IMG/VR virus record: IMGVR_UViG_3300020183_000049
Length of the DNA stretch: 64,000 bases
Direction: 5' to 3' (one strand)
DNA from: an uncultured virus (IMG/VR IMGVR_UViG_3300020183_000049)
Taxonomy: Duplodnaviria > Heunggongvirae > Uroviricota > Caudoviricetes
The first letter of the stretch is position 1. Each line of letters starts with the position of its first letter. This document shows positions 9,369-17,816 of this stretch, one piece after another. Both the position numbers and the translations under genes were made by a program. The notes beneath the pieces were generated by a model. It searched no databases. It was given only the letters and a program-made list of their open reading frames with translations, and had not been told where the DNA came from.

Positions 9369-10709
9369 TTAATTTTCACGTGTATCGTCCTCCTGATAAC
9401 CTTGATTTTTCAATCCTCTTTCTAAAATACCATCAATATCTTTTCTGAAGATAGTTCTAATATGGTCGTTAAAAAAATGTTTAAAAGAAAAATTATTATT
9501 TTTGACTGATATAAACGTATGAGTTGGAATGGTATTAATTTCATCTGGGTCTCTTTCAAACATAAAATCAGAAGAAAATGTATTATCAAGTGAAAGATCT
9601 TTACTTGCATAAAAGTTTAAGAAACATCTTCCAATTTCTTTATAAATTGGTTTTTCATCAGACACGCCACTTTCCGTATATCTATCTTCAATTTTAAATC
9701 TATAATTCACTGACGTGTAAATCATAGTATTTTTTTTCGTCTGTAATTTTTCAAGACTTTCCAAATCCCAATCAAAATCAACCATATGATTGTCTGTCGC
9801 TGTTGCTAACTTCATTCCTACAGGCCCCTGTTTTTTTTCTTCTGAGATTATCGATTCGTAAATTATATCCATAAAATTTTTAGGATTAAATTTTTTTTGA
9901 AATTCAATAATAGCACTTAACCCCTCATCTGGTATTGCTAATCTCAGAGCCTCTTTTGATTTTGTGGTCATTTTATCGTCTACAGCGTCCCACCAATCTG
10001 AGGCAAAAATGTCCCCCGGCCCATCGTGTTTAACATGTACCGCAACTTTAGCAAAGTGAGAGTTTCGGTCTACTTTTTTAAAAATTATAAAATACAACAA
10101 ACCTTCTTTTGTATGTCTTCTCCACTCAAAATCATCTTTACCTGAAATACACCATTTTGTTCTTGCACCATATACACAAGATGCCTCGTGAGTTTTCGGT
10201 ATACCAATTAAAACTCTTTCATCTTCATATAGTTTTTCAAAATCTTTTTCTGCTTGTTTTTTTTCGGCAACTTCTTTTAATTCAACATACTCAGGATAAA
10301 GATCCCAAATTACACCATACTTGTTAATATCAGTATATGTAAATTTTGACTTATTTTTATCAAAAAATTCCAATATAAGTATTGCTTGTTCTACAAAATC
10401 ATTTTTATTTTTACCGTCACGATTCATTCTTTTTATTGCAGTTACTAAATTTCTTTCGTTTCCCGGTATATTTAAATCAGAAATTTTATCCCATTCAAAT
10501 TTCGGTGAATACCAACTTTTTAACAAAAAATTTAAATATTTTTGTTTGGTATTATTCATAAAATCATTATTGAGCAATAGTGTCAACATATTTAAATTTG
10601 ACCCCTCACTCACAATTGAGGCCTCAATTTCAGCATCAATATATGGACGATATTTTTGTGAAACCTCTTTATATCGGCTTTCGTTAATTAAAATTTTCAA
10701 TAATTTCAT
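9369..10709 (-). CDS. hypothetical phage protein with leader
   Basis: MKLLKILINES; PKTHEASCVYGARTKWCIS motif recurrent in large-phage proteins. Confidence 0.7.
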   Translation of the reverse strand: MKLLKILINESRYKEVSQKYRPYIDAEIEASIVSEGSNLNMLTLLLNNDFMNNTKQKYLNFLLKSWYSPKFEWDKISDLNIPGNERNLVTAIKRMNRDGKNKNDFVEQAILILEFFDKNKSKFTYTDINKYGVIWDLYPEYVELKEVAEKKQAEKDFEKLYEDERVLIGIPKTHEASCVYGARTKWCISGKDDFEWRRHTKEGLLYFIIFKKVDRNSHFAKVAVHVKHDGPGDIFASDWWDAVDDKMTTKSKEALRLAIPDEGLSAIIEFQKKFNPKNFMDIIYESIISEEKKQGPVGMKLATATDNHMVDFDWDLESLEKLQTKKNTMIYTSVNYRFKIEDRYTESGVSDEKPIYKEIGRCFLNFYASKDLSLDNTFSSDFMFERDPDEINTIPTHTFISVKNNNFSFKHFFNDHIRTIFRKDIDGILERGLKNQGYQEDDTREN

Positions 10710-10765
10710 TTTTGTCACAAAAAAATCATTTTTCTAGATAAATATCCATAATTCAATAAAATAGT

Positions 10766-10818
10766 TTTGATTTTTGATTTCTTCATTGTATATTTGAAAC
10801 TTCAAGATCGTTCTTTTA
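10766..10818 (+). promoter_or_regulatory. Bacteroidota-type promoter plus boxA-like element for the tRNA operon
   Basis: TTTG 10766, TATATTTG 10789-10796, GTTCTTTTA 10810. Confidence 0.65.
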
Positions 10819-10828
10819 TTATCTAGAT

Positions 10829-10913
10829 GCCTCGGTGGCGAAATTGGCAGACGCGTAGCACTTAAAATGCTATGGATTAAAAGTCCGTACGGGTTCGATT
10901 CCCGTCTGAGGTA
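10829..10913 (+). tRNA. tRNA-Leu(TAA)
   Basis: Acceptor GCCTCGG/CTGAGGT, anticodon arm TAGCA-CTTAAAA-TGCTA, long variable arm, GTTCGAT T-loop. Confidence 0.95.
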
Positions 10914-10979
10914 CAAAAATGAAAACATCCTTACGGAATACAGATTAGTACCGTTAAAGGAGGTTTTTCATTTCAATTT

Positions 10980-11052
10980 GCAGATATGATGTAACTGGAT
11001 AGCATTAAACTCTTCTAAAGTTTTCGTATAGGTTCGAACCCTATTATCTGTA
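10980..11052 (+). tRNA. tRNA-Arg(TCT)
   Basis: GCAGATA/TATCTGT acceptor, AAACT-CTTCTAA-AGTTT anticodon arm, GTTCGAA T-loop. Confidence 0.9.
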
Positions 11053-11105
11053 CAAAAAAAATAACTTTTGGTTCGATTTATAATATTTATAAAAAAAGAA
11101 ATATT

Positions 11106-11711
11106 ATGAAATTGGATTGTAAATATAAAAAGGACGATCTAGAAAATATGATATTTGTTGAGAAATTATCATATCGAGAAATTGGAAGACGTTACGGTGT
11201 TAGCGATACATACATAAAAAAAATTTGTAAAAAATTAGAGATAAAATTATTCCTACGTTCAAAATTTCCTGAAAATTGGTCACCCCATAATAAAGGAAAA
11301 AAAGAAAAAAAAGAATGTAATAATTGTAAGGAATTGTACTTGTCTACGGACAAAAATTCAAAATATTGTTCAAAAGAATGTGAGGTAGAATATAAGACAA
11401 ATAAAAAATATGAATATTATTTGAACAATCAGAAAAACTACGAAAAAATTGTTGATGTTAAGTTTCTTAAACGTCACATTTTAAAAGAACAAAATAATTG
11501 TTGTGAAATATGTAAAAATCAAAATGAATGGAATGAAAAACCAATTGTCTTTATTTTAGACCACATTGACGGTAATGCGTCAAATAATAGAAGAGAAAAT
11601 CTTAGATTGATTTGTCCAAATTGTGATTCACAATTAGAAACATTTAAATCAAAAAATAAAAACTCTGCAAGGAAAGAAAGATATTTTTTGAATTATAAAA
11701 ATATAAAATAG
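11106..11711 (+). CDS. HNH homing endonuclease
   Basis: CEIC...LDHIDGNASNNRRENLRLICPNCDS; N-terminal HTH and CxxC motifs. Confidence 0.9.
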   Translation: MKLDCKYKKDDLENMIFVEKLSYREIGRRYGVSDTYIKKICKKLEIKLFLRSKFPENWSPHNKGKKEKKECNNCKELYLSTDKNSKYCSKECEVEYKTNKKYEYYLNNQKNYEKIVDVKFLKRHILKEQNNCCEICKNQNEWNEKPIVFILDHIDGNASNNRRENLRLICPNCDSQLETFKSKNKNSARKERYFLNYKNIK

Positions 11712-11786
11712 GTACTGACTACCATCGAATTTTAAAAAAAAATTGACTTACAAGTCATCAATTGTTATATTTATCTAAAAAGATAG

Positions 11787-12815
11787 ATGAACAATAAGTT
11801 AAAAGTGGTTTCATTATTTTCGGGTTATGGAACACAAGAATTAGCATTGAAATATATTGGAGTTGATTATGATGTAGTAGCCAATTGTGATAATTTTAAC
11901 CAAGCAAATGAATGTTACGATGTATTACATGAAACCCAAAATGGAAACTTGGGTGATATTAAACAAGTAAACGAAAACGATTTTCCCGATTGTGATTTTT
12001 TAACATACTCTTTTCCGTGTGTTGATGTCTCAATTTCTGGTAAACAACAAGGTATTAAACAAGGTACAAGAAGTGGTTTATTATTTGATGTTGAAAGAAT
12101 CTTATCAGTTAACAGACCGAAATACCTTTTAATGGAAAACGTTAAGAATTTGATCTCCAAAAAACACTACGAATCATTCAAAAAACATATTTATTTCTTA
12201 AGAGCACTCGGATATTCATCTTTCTGGCGGGTATTCAATGGAGCTGATTTTGGTTGTCCTCAGAACAGGGAGAGAGTGTATATGATGTCGGTTTTAAATG
12301 GTAGTTTAGAGGATGTCAAGGAAAAAATGATAAACGTTGACAATTACAAAAAAACAAGAGTGCCTATGTCGTTGTTCATTGAGGAAACTACCGATGAGAC
12401 ATTATTTATTGATTGTCCATTTACACTCCACGAAGCTAAACAAAAAACTATCTGTAAACTAGTAGCAAGGAGAGATGATATTAATTACGACCAAACCAAA
12501 AGAATTTATTCTTTGGATGCTTGTTCACCTTGTTTGACTACTAGTGGATCTCCGCAGATTATGACACGTGATGGTAGAGTAAGAACCCTTACCGCAAGAG
12601 AAGGATATCGATTTATGGGTGTTCGTGATCAAGATATTGACAAAATGTTGACAACATCTCTATCAACCAGGGCTCACATCTCCTTAGCTGGTAATTCGAT
12701 TTGTGTTCCAGTCATGGAAGCAATCTTTAGTGAATTTTTCAGTGAATATATTCAAGAACCTACCGCGTCTACTGATCCACTAGAAATGAATCGGTTACAA
12801 GTTGTAACCGATTGA
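11787..12815 (+). CDS. dcm: DNA (cytosine-5) methyltransferase
   Basis: Motifs SLFSGYG, FPC, ENV, QNRERV and GNSI. Confidence 0.92.
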   Translation: MNNKLKVVSLFSGYGTQELALKYIGVDYDVVANCDNFNQANECYDVLHETQNGNLGDIKQVNENDFPDCDFLTYSFPCVDVSISGKQQGIKQGTRSGLLFDVERILSVNRPKYLLMENVKNLISKKHYESFKKHIYFLRALGYSSFWRVFNGADFGCPQNRERVYMMSVLNGSLEDVKEKMINVDNYKKTRVPMSLFIEETTDETLFIDCPFTLHEAKQKTICKLVARRDDINYDQTKRIYSLDACSPCLTTSGSPQIMTRDGRVRTLTAREGYRFMGVRDQDIDKMLTTSLSTRAHISLAGNSICVPVMEAIFSEFFSEYIQEPTASTDPLEMNRLQVVTD

Positions 12816-12830
12816 AATTTATCATAGTGG

Positions 12831-14426
12831 TCAAAGTTCAGCTAATCTGTCATAGACATATGAATTGAAAGTATCACGACTACAATCTGGATACCAATAA
12901 TCACTAATTTCGAATTTTGGTTGTCGCCAAACATTTTCGGTAAAATAATCAAACACCGTTTCTAGAAATTGTTGAGATTCTGGTCTATTTGAAATAGAAA
13001 CATGTTCAAGATTATCCATGAAGTCATTAATTATTTCTTGAAGCTCGGAATCATTTAAACTTTCAATATTATCTTTCATAGGTACCCTGATTACAACACC
13101 ACTATCATCCATTTGCGTAACTTCACCATAAAATTCTAGGCAAGATTTCAATGTTTCATAGTATTTGTCATATGTTGAGGCTTCATTACAATAATTCTGA
13201 GCATCATTTAATGCTTGTTCAATGTCAATAAGATCTTCAACACGTTTTATAGCTTCTTCTAGATCGGTAGGTATATCTTCTATAGAATTTTCATTTGCTG
13301 TTTGATTTATGAGTGCCCATATCTCACTTATATTTTTTTGATTTACATTATCCAATAGATTATCCAACTCATAAGTTTCATAATAAAAATCTATAATATC
13401 CCCAATATCACCACTGAGAATAGTTTCAAACATTCCAATTTTTCTTGGTCTACCGTAAGGTACTCCAGTGGGTTTTATTTCTCGTACCACCCAATCACCA
13501 GCAACGTAGTGGTCAACATCATCAGTTAAAATTTTTAAATCAAACGACATTGGTATTTGATCGAATGGATTTATTTCAATTAAACCCAATTTGAAAAGTT
13601 TATATTTCATAAAAAGTCCATCAAACAAATCTGGTCTTAATGATTTAAGATTCATTAATTCTTCTTTCGACAAATCTAAAATTTGAAAATCTGTTTCAGG
13701 ACGATATGAACTTTTAAAACGTTCTATAAAGTAAGTTGAATCAGAACGATCTGGGTCGTCATTTGTCAATTCAAACAGAGGTAAAATATACTTATGAAAT
13801 TCAACTGATGGTTTACTATTTTTTGGGCCTTTCATTTGAGTTACAGTACCCTCATTACTGATTGCTGCGGTAATGTGACTTTTGTTCAAGGTAAATTTGT
13901 CAGAAATTTTTTCAAATGACCTTAAAGAATATAAATTTTCATTTGCTCTTCCACAATGTCCCATTCTATCACATTCTTCAGGTGAATTTGTGGTATCCAA
14001 GTCAACCCAATAATAACCCAAACCATCAGAATCTCGAAAATCTAAAATAACCTTACTAGTTTCATCATAATTTATCTTGCCAGAACCAATTTGTAGTTGA
14101 TCGTGCCATTTTTTTTGAGCATAGAATAATTGATCCAAATTGTATTCTTTAATTGTACTGATGTTTCCATTAAGTCCAACTCGTATGTAATCCAAAAGTC
14201 CTACTAAATCTTCCCGATAGCGACTAAGTGATAAAAATGATGGAATTTGTCCAGGATTGTCAAACAAATATTTATCAATCAACTTATTTGCTATCCAAAT
14301 TGACAGTTTTCCATATGTTTTATCCAAATATTCTGCGACAGGGTTACTCAATCCCAATTTATCGACCAAAATTTTTATTTTTGACCCTTCTGAGATTAAA
14401 TTTGCAAGATTTTTAATGAGTTTCAA
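12831..14426 (-). CDS. hypothetical protein with leader and possible PcfJ-like domain
   Basis: MKLIKNLANLISE (TTG start); WH...YWVDL...EECDRMGHCG...QMKGPKN. Confidence 0.65.
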   Translation of the reverse strand: MKLIKNLANLISEGSKIKILVDKLGLSNPVAEYLDKTYGKLSIWIANKLIDKYLFDNPGQIPSFLSLSRYREDLVGLLDYIRVGLNGNISTIKEYNLDQLFYAQKKWHDQLQIGSGKINYDETSKVILDFRDSDGLGYYWVDLDTTNSPEECDRMGHCGRANENLYSLRSFEKISDKFTLNKSHITAAISNEGTVTQMKGPKNSKPSVEFHKYILPLFELTNDDPDRSDSTYFIERFKSSYRPETDFQILDLSKEELMNLKSLRPDLFDGLFMKYKLFKLGLIEINPFDQIPMSFDLKILTDDVDHYVAGDWVVREIKPTGVPYGRPRKIGMFETILSGDIGDIIDFYYETYELDNLLDNVNQKNISEIWALINQTANENSIEDIPTDLEEAIKRVEDLIDIEQALNDAQNYCNEASTYDKYYETLKSCLEFYGEVTQMDDSGVVIRVPMKDNIESLNDSELQEIINDFMDNLEHVSISNRPESQQFLETVFDYFTENVWRQPKFEISDYWYPDCSRDTFNSYVYDRLAEL

Positions 14427-14465
14427 AACAAAATTTTATTATAAATATTAAAATTCAAAAAAAAA

Positions 14466-14496
14466 TTTGATTTTTGGATATTTGTGTGTATTTTTG
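14466..14496 (+). promoter_or_regulatory. Bacteroidota-type promoter
   Basis: TTTG-N19-TATTTTTG. Confidence 0.6.
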
Positions 14497-14508
14497 TAAA
14501 AAAAAGTT

Positions 14509-14745
14509 ATGATTGAAGGAATTATCATCGGAATTCTCATTGGATTTGGTTTGACAAGTCTATTTGCCTACCTAATTTACTTAAAATTTGTAAAAAAACC
14601 AATGAATAAGCTCATTAATGAGTCTTTTTCGAATTTTTTGGGTTTTGGATTGAAAAATAATATCAACATTCCAAAAACTATCAAATCGGTTTCAGATTTA
14701 AGCCAGAAAAAAAAAACAAAAAGAGTAAATAAACAAAAAATTTGA
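14509..14745 (+). CDS. small membrane protein
   Basis: N-terminal TM helix, located directly after the promoter. Confidence 0.5.
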   Translation: MIEGIIIGILIGFGLTSLFAYLIYLKFVKKPMNKLINESFSNFLGFGLKNNINIPKTIKSVSDLSQKKKTKRVNKQKI

Positions 14746-14763
14746 TTATTTTTGTCATTCTAG

Positions 14764-14896
14764 CCCTATTTTCGACGAGTTCTTTCTGGTAGTCGAGAAT
14801 AGGGAAACAACCAGTCACTGTATTACCAAGGTAAGGTGTGAACAGAAAGATCGTCAACCGGGAAAACGGTACTGAAGAGGTAATCAGTCTCTTCAT
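14764..14896 (+). ncRNA. putative structured RNA
   Basis: Stem CCCTATTTTCGAC/GTCGAGAATAGGG; its loop CTGGT is complementary to downstream ACCAG; further hairpin TGAAGAG/CTCTTCA. Confidence 0.35.
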
Positions 14897-14898
14897 TT

Positions 14899-14991
14899 AG
14901 TCAGGTGGCGGAATGCTAGACGCTATACGTAGAACACAACCGATAATTAAGAGGGCGTGTGTTCATGCAGGTTCAAATCCTGCCCTGACTA
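14899..14991 (+). ncRNA. tRNA-like RNA without canonical anticodon arm (copy 1)
   Basis: AGTCAGG/CCTGACT-A acceptor, Leu-type D arm, GCAGG-TTCAAAT-CCTGC T arm; middle is a GAACAC/GTGTTC stem with a large loop. Confidence 0.8.
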
Positions 14992-15029
14992 CTTAATTTA
15001 ATTGTGTATTCTTAAAAAAAAATCAAAAA

Positions 15030-15284
15030 ATGAAAAACTTTTTCTTCCCAATCTTTTGTTCAATCGTTGGTATTTTTCTGACCACTACACTAATTATACA
15101 TTCGCTTTTCTATACTCCATTTGAAAACCAAGCACTGTGGGATGATTGGTCAAAAACTATTTTGTTATTTACTACTTTATTTGTTGTCAATTTCATTTTT
15201 ATTGGAATAATCATTCTGTGTAAAAAAGAAACCAAACTACAAAACCAAAAGTTGTTTAAATCTAACACGTTCAAAAGATTTTGA
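15030..15284 (+). CDS. two-TM membrane protein
   Basis: Two hydrophobic helices. Confidence 0.55.
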   Translation: MKNFFFPIFCSIVGIFLTTTLIIHSLFYTPFENQALWDDWSKTILLFTTLFVVNFIFIGIIILCKKETKLQNQKLFKSNTFKRF

Positions 15285-15565
15285 ATATATTGGTTCAAAA
15301 ATTATTATTGATAGTAACTCTGTCATCGTTTTTTATGTCTTGTTCTGATCGAGACTATTCTCGACCATGGGAAGTTGTTGGGATTAATCCATTGGATAGT
15401 GGGATGTGCGAAATTCAAGTAGTTCAATGGAAAAAAATCGGTTTACCTGAAAGATACAGATTTAGGGACACTTTTGATCAATATTTTTTTAGTCAAAAAA
15501 TTATGATTTCTGAAAAAAAAATTTGGAAATTGAAGAAATCTATTTTACCTTTGTATTGTGATTGA
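15281..15565 (+). CDS. putative lipoprotein
   Basis: Hydrophobic N-terminus ending FFMSC; TTG start overlapping the upstream stop. Confidence 0.45.
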   Translation: MNILVQKLLLIVTLSSFFMSCSDRDYSRPWEVVGINPLDSGMCEIQVVQWKKIGLPERYRFRDTFDQYFFSQKIMISEKKIWKLKKSILPLYCD

Positions 15566-15596
15566 AGGGAAGGTGGGACGAGTTAGTTCTTTGACA
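15522..15596 (+). promoter_or_regulatory. Bacteroidota-type promoter plus boxA-like element
   Basis: TTTG-N20-TACCTTTG; GTTCTTTGACA at 15586. Confidence 0.7.
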
Positions 15597-15644
15597 TTAT
15601 GGAAACCAAAAAAATGAACGGAGTCGTTAGATTCAGTGTTCAAT

Positions 15645-15752
15645 AGTCAGGTGGCGGAATTGGTAGACGCTAGAAGTGAATAGATAAGTAAGTAGATTGT
15701 CACTTTCATATTTTTACTACTTATTATACAGGCTCAAATCCTGTCCTGACTA
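15645..15752 (+). ncRNA. tRNA-like RNA without canonical anticodon arm (copy 2)
   Basis: Same acceptor stem and D arm (GGCGGAATTGGTAGACGC); T arm ACAGG-CTCAAAT-CCTGT; long unrelated middle. Confidence 0.8.
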
Positions 15753-15888
15753 CACGTTCCGAAACAAAACAACGGATAGTGTGCTCTACACGATGAAAAA
15801 CGGAGTGATGTCCGTATGAGAACGTACATTGGTGTATAGGGAGAACACCAGGGCAAGTCAGCCCGACCTCGTGAGGACGAATGACTAT

Positions 15889-15970
15889 AGTCAGGTGGCG
15901 GAATGGAGAGACGCTAGGGAAACCTTCCCGAGTACGAAAGTTCATATAGGATCGAATCCTGTCCTGACTA
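15889..15970 (+). ncRNA. tRNA-like RNA without canonical anticodon loop (copy 3)
   Basis: Same acceptor stem and D arm; GGGAA-ACC-TTCCC hairpin, GAAA-capped variable arm, ATAGG-ATCGAAT-CCTGT T arm. Confidence 0.75.
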
Positions 15971-16027
15971 CATAATAAAAGGGTGACATAGAGGTTTTTC
16001 AGAATCTCACCCCTTCCTCACAATCAT

Positions 16028-16104
16028 GCTCTCGTGGCGCAATAGGTTAGCGCAAGATGCTTATACCATCGAGGTTACAGGTTCAAGTCCTGTCGGGAGT
16101 ACCA
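16028..16104 (+). tRNA. tRNA-Ile(TAT)
   Basis: GCTCTCG/CGGGAGT acceptor, loop CTTATAC, encoded CCA. Confidence 0.9.
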
Positions 16105-16144
16105 AAAAACTTTAGTAGATTGTCAGAATAGACAATGCATTCCT

Positions 16145-16224
16145 CGGTAACTTAGAGATAGAACAACACCTTTTAAGGTTTTGATCGGGAAACTGATTTA
16201 TTGGTTCAAATCCAATATCTTCCG
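16145..16224 (+). pseudogene. degenerate tRNA (CTTTTAA loop, Lys-like)
   Basis: Intact T arm ATTGG-TTCAAAT-CCAAT and GATCGG-GAAA-CTGATT arm; acceptor and D stems pair poorly. Confidence 0.45.
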
Positions 16225-16275
16225 AAAAAAAATTTGATTATTTAAATTTTTGTGTATCTTTATACTTAATAAGAT

Positions 16276-16350
16276 GCTCCGTTCGTCTAATTGGTTTAGG
16301 ACATTCCCCTTTCACGGGAAAGCTTACGGGTTCGAGTCCCGTACGGAGTA
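16276..16350 (+). tRNA. tRNA-Glu(TTC)
   Basis: GCTCCGT/ACGGAGT acceptor, TTCCC-CTTTCAC-GGGAA anticodon arm. Confidence 0.95.
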
Positions 16351-16359
16351 CTGAAATTA

Positions 16360-16433
16360 TGCGGGTTATGGAAGTGGTCTATCCGCCAGGTCTCATAAGC
16401 CAGGAATCGGGGGTTCGAATCCCTCACCCGCGC
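16360..16433 (+). tRNA. tRNA with CAT anticodon (Met; subtype uncertain)
   Basis: TGCGGGT/ACCCGCG acceptor, loop CTCATAA, GTTCGAAT T-loop; imperfect anticodon stem. Confidence 0.8.
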
Positions 16434-16482
16434 AGCGACACTTTTTGTATTTTTTGCTATATTTTTCAGTTTTAAAGTACAA

Positions 16483-17136
16483 ATGAGTTTAAAAGAAAAA
16501 AAATATCATTTCATTTACAAAACTACCGATACTAGAAATGGAAATTTCTATATTGGTATGCATTCAACTGATAATTTGGATGATGGTTACGTCGGTAGTG
16601 GTACTAAATTGAGACGTTTAATACACAAACACGGAAAAAAAATTTTTAATATGGAAATATTAGAATTTTACCCAAATAGAAAGTTACTAAAAAAACGTGA
16701 AATTGAAATTGTAAATTCAAATTTATTACTTCAAAAAAAATGTTTGAATTTAAAACGCGGAGGTGATGGTGGATTAAATAATAAAGAACATGCTTACAAT
16801 TTTCATGCTGCAGGTGGAAAAAAGGTTAGACAAATGTTTAGTAAGATTCATTTTGACCGATTAAAAACTGATGAAGAATATAGGGAAAAGTGGAGAGAAA
16901 ATGTTAGAAAAAGTGGTGTGTGGTCTGGAAAAATTTGGCAAGGGAGAAAACACAAAGAAGAAACTAAAAAGAAAATCGGTGAAATTAATTCGAAAAAACA
17001 AAAAGGGAAAAATAATTCCCAATTTGGTACACACTGGATAACCAATGGTATTGAAAATAAAAAGATAAAAACCCAAGATTCGATACCTGACGGTTGGAGA
17101 TTAGTAAGAAATTTGAATTCCAAAAAAACATTTTGA
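16483..17136 (+). CDS. GIY-YIG (Seg-like) homing endonuclease with NUMOD3 motif
   Basis: FIYKTT...FYIGMH; GRKHKEETKKKIG; WITNG. Confidence 0.88.
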   Translation: MSLKEKKYHFIYKTTDTRNGNFYIGMHSTDNLDDGYVGSGTKLRRLIHKHGKKIFNMEILEFYPNRKLLKKREIEIVNSNLLLQKKCLNLKRGGDGGLNNKEHAYNFHAAGGKKVRQMFSKIHFDRLKTDEEYREKWRENVRKSGVWSGKIWQGRKHKEETKKKIGEINSKKQKGKNNSQFGTHWITNGIENKKIKTQDSIPDGWRLVRNLNSKKTF

Positions 17137-17176
17137 CATCTAACTTTTATTACATATATTTGTAGTGTTCTTTAAC
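17132..17176 (+). promoter_or_regulatory. Bacteroidota-type promoter plus boxA-like element
   Basis: TTTG-N19-TATATTTG; GTTCTTTAAC at 17167. Confidence 0.65.
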
Positions 17177-17231
17177 TTGACCCCCACGTCTCATCCCTAT
17201 TCTAGATGTAGACTCAAAATTACGACCAAGA

Positions 17232-17256
17232 GCAGGTTTGAATCCTGTCCTGACTA
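17232..17256 (+). pseudogene. 3' half (T arm plus acceptor strand) of the tRNA-like family
   Basis: GCAGGTTTGAATCCTGTCCTGACTA; no 5' AGTCAGG upstream. Confidence 0.65.
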
Positions 17257-17321
17257 ATAAAAATTATTTTTTTGGTTTTCTGAACTTTTTGGTTTATAAT
17301 TGTACATAAATTCATTATTCA

Positions 17322-17816
17322 ATGACACCACACCAACTATTGTCTTCAATATCAGAACATCCCAATAAGTTATCTCTTCTGATTGATACGTTGAATCTAT
17401 TAAAGGTACAAAATGGTTTTGAACAAGATCTACTTACTCCTGGTTTCATCAAGGAGTGGTTGGTATCAGATATTTTGGGTCATAAATGTCATAAGACTAA
17501 ACATGGTGCCGATGCCACATCTATGGATGGGACTGAGAAGTATGAATATCTATCTTGTAAAGAAGGTGGATCTTTCCAATTAGATCGTATCCACGAAGGT
17601 AACCTTCATAGAATTGAAAGAAACGACGCGTTCTTTTTTGCTCTGTTTGATAAAGACAATGGTTTGGAGTGTTTGAAGATCTGGAAAGGTTCCACCCCTA
17701 GGGTACTTGCTGAGTGTCAAGATAAGATCAGAACAATGTCACAAAGTTCCAATCACGTTTGTATTTCAAAGAAATGGGTAAACGATAATTGTGAATTGGT
17801 CTACGAAAAAATCTAA
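17322..17816 (+). CDS. putative restriction-endonuclease-fold protein (PvuII-like motif spacing)
   Basis: KEWLV...HGADATSMDGTEKYEYLS resembles a PD-(D/E)xK core with L at the K position. Confidence 0.45.
   Translation: MTPHQLLSSISEHPNKLSLLIDTLNLLKVQNGFEQDLLTPGFIKEWLVSDILGHKCHKTKHGADATSMDGTEKYEYLSCKEGGSFQLDRIHEGNLHRIERNDAFFFALFDKDNGLECLKIWKGSTPRVLAECQDKIRTMSQSSNHVCISKKWVNDNCELVYEKI

Noticed and set aside
15754..15887. Hammerhead ribozyme
   Set aside because: The CTGANGA core is not found in the required arrangement.
14899..15970. tmRNA or intron-containing tRNAs
   Set aside because: No G3-U70 alanine identity or tag ORF; cores are too short for self-splicing introns and no obvious excision restores an anticodon loop.
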